A stretch of 64,000 nucleotides of DNA from Strigamia acuminata (lineage: Eukaryota), in contig OX442314.1 of assembly GCA_949358305.1 (NCBI GenBank), positions 17,236,001 through 17,300,000 on the forward strand, read 5' to 3'. Each line of letters starts with the position of its first letter. Positions within the stretch are counted from its first letter, which is position 1. Positions 40,620-55,376 of this stretch are shown here, piece by piece. The notes beneath the pieces are model-generated. The model made no database searches. It saw only the letters and a program-made list of their open reading frames with translations, and was not told where the DNA came from. A program made the translations under genes and the position numbers.

Positions 40620-43600
40620 GTACACCTTCCATTTTTTTTTAAGTTTCATATTCACGTTAAAAATAATCGTTTAAATTTTGTCTGAAATTTTTTGATTTGA
40701 TTGTATATAGACTTAGAATAAAATCTGAGTGATCCAAAATTTTCAGATGAAATTTAGTGATTTAGAAGACTTGTTTCATTGTGCTCAAGTTATAATTTCA
40801 TGTAGATAATGAAACGTAAAATAACTGTGTTACAATTGCATATTTATTTGCACCGTATGTTATTTCTGATATGTAGTCGTAAAATTCGAACACAAAAAAC
40901 ACTTTTATAGTCCGAAAATGTAAATTTAACTTAGATTAAGCTAATTACATTTCAGGAATGACAAAAGGCAATTGATAAGAATTTATTTTCAATTTTATCA
41001 CGCGGATTAGTACAATAATCTGAATTTCTTAACAGGCAATCATTCTACACTATGCAAAGAGTTTGACACTAGCGCTTCATTGGCAAAACTGAGACAGAAG
41101 TCGAGGGAACATGCAGTCACATTGGGACTCATGTGATGATTCGTCATGGATGAAACACGTCATTGAGCAGTTGATGGAGAGCTCATCGCATTGTATAAGT
41201 GCCTTGATGACGTATTATGTGAGAGCGCGTGCAGCTGAAGGAGTTACGAGCAAATCCGTCCAACGGCGAAGATTCATTTTTCACATTGGACATTTAATAT
41301 TTTTTATTTTACGATCACAATATTTATTTATTGGATTTCACTTCTGCAGGTTACAAATAAAAGTCTTACGGACGATTTACTTTCCTTTTTTGTAATATAA
41401 AAGTTTTTTTTTTTTAATTTGTAATTTGTTTGTTGTTATTGTCACGTTGATTAATTTATTAGTGTAGTAATTAATGTAAGTAAACTTTTTTTTATTTTAT
41501 AAACTGACACGTTTATCGCACCTTAGTGTACTATATGAAACTAATAAATTATACATCAATTTGTAATTCGTATCTGTTATTATTTTTATTACATTTGAAA
41601 AGATTAATCAATTTAGAGCACAACTTTTAAGAAAATATAAACAATAAACAAATCGAATATTGATTTCCTTTATTTATGTGCTTGTGTACGTTGAAAATTA
41701 TTAGTGAGACAAAAAATGATCGATTTGTCTCCATGCGAGCTGTCAGTGTGTGGAAATTAATAGACATGAACAAAAAGGGTCTCGGCAGTTCATTTGGTTG
41801 CAACGAAGGGCTACAAAACTCCCCTCCCTCATGTGTCCCTTGTGCCATTAAGCGAGCAAGCAGCAGCATAATATTGGTATTTCTGGTTTGTGGTTGCACA
41901 AGCCATAAATTTGTCCGCTCAGGAAATGGTGTGGGCGGGGGCGCACACTTTTTTCTGCCCTTCTCCCATTGGTAGTAGAGACGGAGTGGAACGAATCAGA
42001 GTTGCTCGCGACAGATGCTCTATATCGACGAACAACGCGTGCAACTTGAAAAGAAAATGGTCACAACCCTATGATGTTTATTACTATGGCAACAAGAAAA
42101 ACTTTACTTAAAACCATCAAGTACTAGGAAGAACATGTTTTAGTTTTGTCCGAAAACGAGTGGGGTGGGAATATAGTAGTATTAGCCTTCACACTGAATA
42201 AGCACCAGACAAGTTTCCGGAAATTGATGGCGACAGGCGGGTCTTGTAAGACGGATCGAATCTCTCTTCGCCTGGCGTTCACTGTTAATAAATTGTATGC
42301 TTTTCTATAGCATAACCGTTGAAACTTTTTTCAGTTTAATTTTACACATTTTTTTTTCTTAAATAAAAACATTTGTTTAAATAAAGGAACAATTGTGGTT
42401 TAGAATTATTAGAGATAAAATTATGTATGTATGTGCATACAGTTTAAATATTTGTCAGTAAATGTTCTAGACTTATATAATCCAAAACTATGTGCGTAAA
42501 GTATAATTATATTGCATGCAAGCGGAGGAACGAGATTTCTGAATGCTGTCCTTTCTTGAGTTGTTGCTTGGGCCCAGATCGTAAACAACACGCAAAGAAA
42601 ATTAAGATGTATACGGTAAAATGAAAGCTACAACAGCTTGTTAGACCATCGTAAATAAGTTTTTTTTTAAAATCAGAATTATATCGTGTACCAACAGCCA
42701 GGTGCATATATTCGTATGAAGATGTTTCATTCATTAACACATTCTGCACCGTCTCTGTATGGACTCCACTATATCAGGCCACAAATTAAAAAAGGCTTAC
42801 GGTAACTGTTTTGTTAGAGCCTTATTGCGCCGTTAGAGGTGAGGAGGTGAAGGATGATGTTTGATTTTATAAATCCACAGCAACAAATTCAACGTGGCGC
42901 CCAAAGCTAATGTTATTTCGATTACAAAAGGTAAGTATATTTTTTAAATAATTATTTAAGTGTGTGTAATATCTGCACAAGTTTTAATCAAATGCGGAAA
43001 AAAGTTCCCTGGCTAGAAATGTGGTAAATCATTTGCTACTTTGCGTAATTCGCTTTAATCTCACACGTACAACATATCCATAGATTTCATTGCTAAAAAA
43101 TAGAAGTTTTATATGAATACGTCATAATAAGTATTTAGTGTTTTAATTTAAAACTAATTGTTTGGCTCATTTTCTACGGCATCGTATTTTTTGAACATAT
43201 AGAAAGTGCGTACGCAAATTGTTAATCAGTATCAATTTGACAAAACAACAGTTTCGTAAAAAGAAGTACCATATCTAACTAAACTACCGCATTTTTTAAA
43301 AAGATGCACTGATTTTGAAAGGGGTGCTTTTGAAGGGTGGGCTTAACGGCGTTACTTGTATAAAAGGGGTTTCGTATATTTCTTAAATACGGCAATTTAA
43401 ATTTTCAAAGCAGAAAAAAAAATAAAACGCCTTTGAACTTCAAGGCGATGGGCGAGTCACTAGCCGCCCACCAAGTGTTTGTGGCCGTGAAATTGAGCTT
43501 CACTCCTGGTAACCTTCTTCGTAAAACTAAAAAGCGTTCGCCCTTTGGCACCGAGTAGAACCCTTTCAGCAGTTAAATGTAAGAAATAATTGACTAATCG

Positions 43601-44981
43601 CTCGAAGTTTTATAGTTTTTGGGAGGTTTTGAGAATGAACATAAGATTTTAGTAAACCGTATCCAATTTTATTGTTTGTTTGAATTTGTATTTTTTTATT
43701 CGCAACATAATACACCCAAAAGAAATCAGTTGCAGTTTCTTTGTGATTTGTTTGGAAATAGGCCACACGTAAAATGAAACGACAAAATTTAAATAGAACA
43801 AATACCGTAATTTACTTAACTATATCGCTCGAACTCGAAACAAAATATGTGTTTGCAATTTGTAATCAAAGAGTTATGATTACGAGCATCAACAATTCAT
43901 TATGACAAAATTCATGATTTGTTTAGATGTAGCTCCACCTTAAATTCATTTAATGTAAAAAGTAAATATTATAAATTATCCTTATTCATTCCTTTTTTTT
44001 AGACGAAAAAAAAAACAGTAAAATAAAAAAAAACAAATTGCTTGATGTAAATAGATATTTTTTTCTTGTCGTTGGAATAGTCAGCCATAAATTTTGCAAC
44101 TCCTCCCTCGTATTTCATTTTGAGGGGTGTGTGTGGGCGCCATTTTGGGATGGACCACCGAGGGAGCGAAAAATTTGCAAGATTTCACGCGACTGATGTC
44201 TCTCGTTTGCTTCGTAATTCCCACGTTTCGTCGTCGACTTGAGACTAAAGTCGAATCGGCTTGTACTAATTTATGACCATTGGACAGTGGAATGTATTTG
44301 GAGTGGAGGTTTGCAGTTCAAGTGGTGATGAAGAGGAAAGAGGCTGCACGCACTGACCCCCATCGCCGAAATAACCTCATTAGCTGTCATCAAGATGTTG
44401 GCTGAAAAGCGCCCTTGTTATGAAAAGCGGGGTCAAATGATGACTTGTGATTTGCAAGAGGGGGGTAATGGTGAATGTCCCTGTCTGGAACCCTTGGACA
44501 TGTACCCTTATTTATCAGTAAATGAGGTGGAGGTTTTTTCCTCTGATGGATGTTAAATGTGTGTGTATGGGAGGTGATAGAAATCATTGGAGTCAAGGTT
44601 AGGATATAGTCTGAACGAAATAGAGAGGGCGTGTTTGATTCAAACTCCCCTTGTTTGGATAGCCTCCAGTGAAGATAAAGTTTGCAAAGGCACAGCTAGG
44701 TGCGGGTGGAGATTATAGGGTATGGAAGGCACCAACTCATTTAATTTGTATACCTGAATGGCATTGTTTGCTACATGAAACTTAATCTAATGACTTTTAA
44801 TACGGTGATCAGGATCAGGATCATATAAACTCCAAATTATCGATATGAAAAGTGAATTGTGAACACGTGCGAACAGAAATGTTTAAATTTTGAATTGCTG
44901 GTATTTGAAATTACAAAAAGGTCAAACTTTTATTTTTCATAGATAATGAGACTAACTGATGTCTGACAAGTGAGTCGTGTA

Positions 44982-45202
44982 TGAAATTTTAGGAAATGTT
45001 GATCCTAGAACAGAAATTTTAGGAAATCTTGATCGGAGAACTGAAATTTTAGGAAATCTTGATCGGAGAACTGAAATTTTAGGAAATCTTGATCGGAGAA
45101 CTGAAATTTTAGGAAATCTTGATCGGAGAACTGAAATTTTAGGAAATCTTGATCGGAGAACTGAAATTTTAGGAAATCTTGATCCGAGAACTGAAATTTT
45201 AG
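44982..45202. repeat. 30-bp minisatellite, ~7.3 copies
   Basis: Unit TGAAATTTTAGGAAATCTTGATCGGAGAAC; central copies are identical and there are no spacers. Confidence 0.95.
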
Positions 45203-46429
45203 AGCTCGGTTGTTTGATATCTAAAAACATTAGGCTATAGTTGTACTTTTTGATTTTGAATTTTCAATATTAGCGGTATCAACATATTATGTATTCATAG
45301 TCCGCGAAACTGTGCTGCTCCGCTCCGTGTCCGGCAACACAGTCATCCGCTCTGGTTAGGCGGTATGGAATTGTGGGTTTTTTTTTCTCATAAATAACTG
45401 AAAAAGAAAGTCAACTGTATATGGCACATACGATTTAAGAATAGAGTCAGTGAACTTTAAATGTGGATGGCGTATCAGGAAATAACAAACTAACAAAAAT
45501 ACAGAATTAAACTTATAGTCAAAATACGCAATAAAATGCAACATTTGATGGAAAAATAATTCCACAAAACTTATTGCGCTAATTTTAACTTAAATTTAAA
45601 GTAATTCAGACTTCATTTTTAGCGACGAACTAATTTTAACTGCCAACATTTTTCGGAAGCCCTAAATATAAACTTTACTATAAGTTAATCCTACGGCACA
45701 ATAATAAAAGAAAAGATATATAGATTTGCTTCGATATAACCGTATTTGCAATACAGAAACTGAAATAGCCATAAGACATGAGCCTCGAGTCGAAAATAGC
45801 TGTAGAAAATTCATTGTGGTGAATTCGATACTGAGCTCATATTTTTAAAAGGCACTATTTCAAATGTAAGTTGGGAGGGTTGTCTTCCGCCATTTGCCAT
45901 CTGGCCCAACAAGTACTCGGCAGGCGGAACATTGGCATCTGATGGATTGTAATCACGTGCTGCAGTACACGGATTTAAAGAAAGCGCCACAGTTGCTCCA
46001 TATGTATTACTTTTTTACTTTTTACTTTCTTCTTTCTTTCTTTCTTTCTTCCTTCCCACTTCTTATTTTTTTTAAAACCTCAAGTAACTTTTCGTTATTA
46101 TATATCTCCTAAAGGTTATCTTCATCTTTATCCCCCATTTCCTTTCTAAACGCACAGACGCAGCAGCAGGAGAAAGAGGAGAGGAAATTGGCTAAATTCG
46201 CTACGGCCGTTTCGCGTCCGGCAAATTTTCACTTGCACCCGCTGCCTGTCCCGCGCCAGAAAATTGTTGATGGATGAAGCGGGCGCCATCCCTCTGTCAC
46301 TGAATATTTTTCCTAGCGGCGAAATGCTGCGGGCACGGAGCACGTGCACAACAAAACAAAACGTTCTGCGAAATGATGCGCAAAATTACGGAGGAAAAAT
46401 GATTTTTTGCAGCAGAAAAAAAAAATTGG

Positions 46430-46900
46430 GATAAAGGAAAATTTCCCACGGGCCGTTCTTTGTAATGACTGTCCACCGTCCTAGATTGAGTTCAGTCGAT
46501 TGCTCTAAGCTTTTCCCTGGCTGCGGAAAATATGTTGTTCCCCTTCGTTTTTCGAGGGAAAACTTATTACAACGCAAAAACAACGCATTCGACTGGAAAT
46601 TTCCCACGACCATACATAGGAAAAAAGAAAAAAAAATATATGAAAAGAGCAAAAATATAAAAACGTGCAGAAAAATGTAGAAAAAAATATGAATAGTGAA
46701 GGTGGGGCTAAAATTTGATTGATGCTGCGTTTGTTGACTCACATCCTGATTGTCATTAAAGTGCTGTGCGAATGTCAAATTTTAATTTTGTAAGGAAAAA
46801 GAGAGAAAAAAATGGTTCAGGGCGATGGCTTGAGGCCACGTGCGCGGGATCATTCGTCTCGAACGGGTGGCGGAGGAGGAGCCACGTGATCAGTAAAACC
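46430..46900. promoter_or_regulatory. Candidate enhancer with two Su(H)/NF-kB-like composite sites and CACGTG E-boxes
   Basis: GGAAAATTTCCCACG ending at 46450, GGAAATTTCCCACG ending at 46608, and GCCACGTG near 46835 and 46880. Confidence 0.4.
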
Positions 46901-49900
46901 AATGGCAAAGCGCGACGAGCAATTTTCCCTTGTCGTCATGGGCCAATTAATGGGAAGTGCAAACGCGGATGACGAAATTCGCCACGTCATGACGTTTGAG
47001 GGACAAATGGCTGACAGAGTAATGATGGAGAAGAGGGAGGTGGTATAGTATGAAATAATGGTCAATCTTCCACCCGCCCCTTGAGGCACGGCTTCCGTGC
47101 GCGCACACGCGTTGCTGTACAACATTTGTGACAGAAATGCGATGTGACACAAGACAGGCATGGCGAATGTGGTGTGGCCAGGTGGACGAAGATGTGGGTC
47201 ACCCGATTTAAGGGAAACAAATCTGATAACGTTGTAAGAAAGAATAAAAATCCCCTGTTAAAAATAATACGGTATAAAAACCTAGCGGTGATGTTGTTAA
47301 AGTGTATCATCACTGACAGGTGTGCTGGAGAATTGTAGTATAATTTGGGCCTACATCAAAGTGTAGGTTCTTCTGTAATAAGGGATCCCACACGCGCATT
47401 TGATTACAATTACGACGATGCAAAAATGGTATTTCTCAGAGGGCATCTAATACAACACGTTTTGGATTTGGAAAACTGTAAAGTGCCTCGATCGATGTTC
47501 GTGATGTGAGAATTTGATGAGCCTAGCCCCTACTCATAACATCCTAATCCAGTCAGTCGCCGCCACTGATCTTCTCCTGTTATTAAAGCGCTACAAATGT
47601 ATTATTAGTCTTCAATCTTTGAGACAAAGTCATTAAGGGATATTATTAGCTTCATTGATAATACCGTAAGGTGTTTGATTCGAGGTTGATGATATGAGTG
47701 ATGAATGTCTGACTCGCTTTTCAATTTTCATTTCTTTGGGGATGGACTTTAAAGTATCTTTTGTTGGATTTTTTTTTATTTTTTTATTTTTTTTTACTAT
47801 TGCAATATGAGAAACAAACTTCTCGAATAATTGCACATTTGGGCAATTAATTTTAGGTTCTTTAAACTTGCAAACTCTGCTAATACACCGTTTTTTTAGG
47901 AATTACATTAATGAACGAACTACAAAGAACCAGGAAAATGTTTGTCAGTTAAATTTTTTTTAACCTGTTTTAACAACTAATTGGAAAAAAAATTTTGAGA
48001 AAAAAAGTGTAAAGAGACTACCAAACGCACAAACGACCAGGTGTTAGGACACACACGGAGGTGAAAATCATTTACAATTTAGCAACATTAGAAGAAAAAA
48101 AAAAGCATAAAAGATTTAAAGTCATTACCTGATGAATACCCCAAAAAAAATTGTGGGAAAAAACAAAAAATGATTTTTTTAAAAAAATTTAAGGAGTGAC
48201 TAATTTCAACGAACAAGTAATACAGTAGTTCAGCAAAAAAAAAATATCGGGTTAAAAATATTTTAGTAATTTAAGCCTATTTTTAAGTTTTAATGGGCGG
48301 TGGTATTACGAGGTCTACACAACAGCTGCGTCCGACACGGTGTAAATTGGTACGTTGGGGGTTGGCAAAGTTGAAGTTCTCAGGTGACAGGTCGGTTGAT
48401 GGAAAAAGGCAAAATGTGCTTTGTTTTATTCTAAAAATCATTAATAGCTTGCTTTTAGTAATTGAATCTACTACATAATATATTATATTCTGTCATTTCG
48501 CTACCCTAAAGACGTTTTCGGCCATTTATGATTTTAATAGTTCAAAATGAGTCTTTTCAATAACAGATGACACTTTAATCTTAACAAAGAAAAGAAGAGA
48601 AAAAAAAAGAAAAAAAAATGAAGACTACCCTCTGGTATGTGAGACATTTGCGTTTGTGATTTTTCTTTTCCTTTGAAGACTCGCTGCAATTTTAAACAGG
48701 TGCAGTCACATAGAATTGTCGTAAAAGAACTGTTCAGTTCAATCCTAAAGATACATTTATCAAACTTTTACAGCAATTAATTATTTTGTCTGCCAATTTT
48801 ACTGTTCTGAATCAAAGAAAGAATGCCTGCACACCTGAGGATGAAGTCAGCATTTGTACAAAGTCCATCCTGAGCATCCTGGTAAATGAATTCACCTCCC
48901 ACAGAGAACTACTTGTGTAACTTTTTTTTCTTCTGGGAAGTCGTGTCTGGGATTCAGCCAAAACCCATCACGCTGGTCTGTATATCGTCATACAAAATTT
49001 ATTATACAATAATTGAATCTTCTTTATGCCTTTTCTGTTGTAGAAAAGTTACTAGTAATAATTTATTTTATAGCTTCTATTTCAACTCTAAAATTTGACG
49101 TAATGATAATTGAACTTTAATTTAATTTTTTTCTGATTGCTTTGTATCGTATTAGTACGTCCGATTTTTTACGTGTTTATTAATTTATGATTATTTTTTT
49201 TATTTGCTGTCTCGGGGCGTGGTATTTGGCGTTTTATTTTATCATTTTTTTTTGGAGATTAGGACTAGATTTTTATCTTCCGTTTGTAATTTTCCCATCC
49301 CCTGGTTCAAGAGTGATAATTATTTGGGTAACTCATTTACGGTGGCTTCTGTTCTTCACCCTCTTTTAAATTACAGAGGAGGGAGAAATTGACAACTCTT
49401 TTTGGCATCTACAAGAAGGGAGAAAGAAGTTCCCTCAATCAAAAACGAGCTTCATTTGTTTTAAGCATCACACCTTTCTTTTGTGTTTAACACCAATTTA
49501 TACAAGGCGAACCGATACTTTGAAGACAGTCAGCGCCGTACATTCACGCTTTTATACGTCACATTCATTTTTCATTGATAACTGAACGATTAAACTATGA
49601 AAATGATAAATTTATAACATTTATTTATGAATAAAATGTTATAACTTTTGCCTCAACTGACGAATGAAACAATTTCAGAACCAAGATAAATTTATTTTAA
49701 CATTTTCACTTCAAAAAGAAAAGAAAATGTGTACACTTGTTGCTTAGATTCTCCGAAAAAGATAATGACGGCAAGTGTATAGTAATAATAAAGTTATTTT
49801 TCCTTGACGACCAAAGATATTGGCATTTTCTGCACATGCTCATCGGAAGCTTAACTTTTGCACTAATGAATAGTTGAGGCGGCCACCCATTGGGTACCGG

Positions 49901-52900
49901 GACAATCCATTAAGTGGCTTGAAAGGAGAAAATGACGTGACAAAATGGTATGGTACATATGCGACGCTCCAAGTAGACAAGATTTCCGAAATAAAGTTAC
50001 AACCAACAAACTCGTAATAATGACGGAAGGCGTGGGAAGATCTGTTTAGATATTTGATCCACTGCCATTTTTCATCTAATTCCTCCTACGCATCAATGAA
50101 TGTTTTTACAATTTCTTTGTGTGTGTGTGTATGTGCATGTGCCAGCAAAACTTTTGTATTTTTTCCCTTTCTTAAATCCTGCATTGCCATAATTCTATAG
50201 TGCCTTCTATTTTTTTTATTCCTTTAATTTAATTTTTCTGCTCTTCTATTTCTAACCGCCCTCAACAACATTCGACGTCTTTATTAAATCCGGTATGTCT
50301 CTGGTAGTGGAAAGTAGAGCCTTGGCAAAAATTAATAAAGTCGAATGAGTCGAGTAAAGAAATTGGAGCGAGAGATTTCCCAAGCCCTGCGTTCCTACGG
50401 CGTTGTGTGCACGTCGGGTGGCGAGCGGGTCGACTTCTGATGGGCTTAATTAGAAGGCACAGCTGCCCGACATCAGCCTTCCAATCATAGGCTTCACCCC
50501 ACAACTTTATCACGGCGGACTCATGGAGGTGTCGGCCATTTATTTATTTACTTCTCTCCTTTTAATTTAGTGGCCCACCGAACCTTCCCAGGTGTTGTGC
50601 GGGGAAGTTAGCCACGAGATACGAAATAAAAAAGGAGCGTGTTTGATGCAGCGGGCAAATATTCGAGTTTTCCGATGTTGAATCGAGATATATGACTGCA
50701 GGGATTGTCACGTGTGAGGTGGCAGCAGTTGGATGGGTGTGTGGCGCGCTGGTTGTTTATGGGATTGGGACACGCAAAGAGACGCTACAGTCGCTAATGC
50801 GTAGGTAGAGGGAGGCAGCTAAGATTTAGAGCAAGTGATTCTCACCTTGTGGAATTATATAATAGATGAAATTAGCTCGCAATTAGCGGCATCGTTTGAA
50901 CTTAGCTGCAAGGCGAAGATGGCGTTTTTTCTCAAATTAAACATGTTTGTTTGTTTGCTTTTTATGTGTAATTAGAGATAACTAATTAAATAAAAAGTGG
51001 AAATGTGTTTTTAATATACGGCAACGTGAAACTTTAAATTGAAAATTTTTTAATTTTGAATCGTGGATTTTGAAATCTCAAGTTTAGCTGAGGATTAATA
51101 AAGAAAGAAATTTCTCTAATTACATTCTTTTTTTTCAATTAGTTTTCCGTTTATTAGAATTAGAATGCAAGATATCTTAAAGAGGCAATTGTGCTTAATT
51201 GCTTTGGGTTTGAATAATTTATTGCTCAAGAACATTGGAGTATTTCCAGGTCAATCACAATTGCCATGTCCTAACGTGGCGTCTCTGCGTAGTCATTTTA
51301 AACCGTACGGGCTTGGCTCTGCCCTCGGGATTGTATGCGAATTAATTACGTTTAATAAACACTAATTATGCTTATTATGATCGCGTGGTAGGCGAGCCCC
51401 CACTCTCCTTCGGGCTAATATTGTCACGTGATGACACCCACATAATATTGGAGAAAAAAAATTTTCAAGATGATAGAACTAAATATGCAGGAATCATGTT
51501 GCAAAACGAAAGAGATTTTTTTTATTTTTAAATCGATAAATGAGAACGTTTGCAAACGAAACCATACACATTAGACTAAATTGAAAACCTTAATTTTTAC
51601 TGATTATACATATTCACCTCCCTTTTTTCATTGGAAAAACTCATTAACATGACGCATTGTATGACACATCTTTTCTGTATATTTGTTAAATCGATTAATA
51701 ACAAAATTAAAGGGTTCAAATATAAAATTTTTTCCCTTTCTGTCTGCACATTAAATGCTTTGATTTCTGAGAATTTGCACGCGTCGTGTTTGGGTTTACA
51801 AGAAGCGTGAAAGCGGCGCGCGTGAATATTGGCGGAAGAAATTCGCGTTGGAATTGAATGATTCGGATCAAGTCAAACTTCTCATGCCAAAATGGCTCCC
51901 ATAGGAGGGGAAAATAGAAAGCAATAAAAAAAAAGAAAAAAAATGGAATTATAAATGAATTATGATTGATTTCGGCCGAAATTAATTTATGAATTTGCAA
52001 AATGTAACCAATAGAAGCTTTAGTGCAACTCAGGTGAGATAATTCTGTCACACTTTCCAACCAATAACGATTTCGATCGAGTCGAGGGCGGAGAAAATCC
52101 TACCTGGCATCAGAGGAATATGAATAGCGTAATGCATTCGGGAAATCCTTTGCTTGTGTTCAATTCGCTATCCCTAAAAAGCCGAAGCCGCTCAGGTAAA
52201 ATGAGTCAGGTATCAAGGGCAGCTCGTAACAGCCGTATTTCCTTCATTAGCAATTTCCACCTTCCTGTACGTTATCATTAAAACTAAATAAAAAAAAACG
52301 AGTAATAAGAGAGAATTAGTTGCATTCTAATGTTACTGCAATATATAAACATAAACAAAACATTTTGGACTTGTGAAAATAAGTTGAAAACCTTTTGTGA
52401 TGCAATTTAAAAAGTTTTTGCAAAACTTTTTCATTACGAAGTTACATCATTGAGGTCTCAGTGTTCTGCATTGCATCACAGCGTGATGTTTTTTCATGTC
52501 ATAACCATAAAACACATCATAGAAAAAATACGCCTCATAAAAATAATAATGGCACATTTTAATTTTCTCTTCATCATTGAGGTAATTGACCCCCCTCCCC
52601 TCCCTCCCTTCTTTTTCTATTATAATGGTACACCCATAATCCATTGTCCACTTCCTTGGTGTGTTCGTGGGACCCAATCCCGTGAGGCACCGCGCTTGTA
52701 AACCCTTGTACCTGGTCTTTTGTGACCACCCTCAGCCGACAGTGAATTATGGGGCTGAGTGTGGTGTTCTGGCCACAGAATTAAGCTTAACGGCGTTCCA
52801 CTTGATTTTCAAACGAAATCCGCACTTCCGGATGCAAAATTAGCAATGATAAAAAAAAAATGTGCATGTCCCCGAAAAAAAAAAAATTTAAAAAATTTTC

Positions 52901-53173
52901 CTAATGCCATGTTTCATCTGGACGACTTTCGATTTGCTCGAAATAATGATGGGGGAATGTAATGGATTCTTCAAAAAGTTTCACATTTCATCACCAGAAT
53001 GAAGCACTGCGTGAGGAAAATGTTTCTACTTTGCACTTTAATAAAATTATATTTATCAAATGAATGCAAATTAATATTTATTAAATATAATTTTTGTTTA
53101 AATTCACATGATATTTATCTATAAGCTCAATTTCAATACATCAGACAATATTTCGTTCCACAGAAAATAGACT

Positions 53174-54235
<1,062 letters not shown>

Positions 54236-55376
54236 CGTTGATGAAGATTAGAATCTTAGAAAACTATTGGTATGTGCTGCAGCTCCGTTTGTTCGGACCG
54301 GTAACCTCTACTTGACCTTATCAGTTCACTTCGGACGAAACTATCAATTTCCAGTCGAGTTGTTAACTAAATTAAACTTTTGCCCACCAGAGTGCATCAC
54401 AAGTAAAATGGCGTTAAATTTGAATAGAAATAAAAACTGGCCACCTTTCTGTTCCATCCACTGCTTTTAGTTTTTATATTAAAGTGCGTTCATGAATGAC
54501 AATTTCAATTTTATCAATGATAAAAGCTGTATTTTATTAGGCAAAACAATTGCTTAAAAAAATTACATCGAGACTTCTAATCAACAAAGTCTGAAAACAA
54601 AAATGGCGTACATCATCTTTCAATTCGTGTTATCGTGTACATTTCGATTTAGAGCATCGGTTATAGATTTATTAGAGTTCTCATTAAATGTTTTACTGTC
54701 TTGCAGGTGAAAACAACACTACAAAATGGTGACATTGGTGCAGAACAAATATAATTGTTTGTCATTTAATATTGCTTACACTTGAAACTTGACATTGTAT
54801 TTACAGTGGTCTAAGGTATTATTAAAACACTAATTTATTCTTTTGTTTCTAAAACTAACAAAACATTTTATGAAATAGCAAATTTGCATATACCATAGAA
54901 TGCAGATCCCTCCCATTAAACTCTGGGTTTTACAAATATTTATCTCAAAATTCTCTTAAATAATTAATTTTATTTTTTAGATTGATATAGACTGGAAGAC
55001 GAAATTTTAGGACATCTTTTTATCCGGACATGCGATTATTCTTATTAATTGGACAGGAAATGTCCTAGATAATTCGTGAAAAAGTTGTAAGAATTTTTTT
55101 TTCACTTTCCTTTCCTTTCCTTTAATACTGATATATCACATAAAGACAAAATGATGAAAAAAAGATGGCAAAATAATTAATTTGTTATTCCAACTATATC
55201 ATTATTCGTTGTAAAATTATAAAATGATATGAATTTAGATCCAAAAACACTCCCGACTTCTCTTGCGGTGCGTGACGAAGCAAATAAAAAAAAGACAAAT
55301 TGTACAACCATTGCAGACAAGTAACATGTCATCAAACATTACTGTAATGCACAAAAATATGACGAACTTGCTTTTG

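Noticed and set aside
43287..43392. Third CCGTA-type mini element (TACCGCATTT...AAATACGGCA)
   Set aside because: Termini are too short and degenerate, and the right TA duplication is absent.
44952..45240. CRISPR-like array or repeat-protein ORFs on both strands (EILGNLDRRT / ISVLRSRFPK)
   Set aside because: Units are contiguous with no spacers and the context is eukaryotic. The open frames arise because the 30-bp unit lacks stops.
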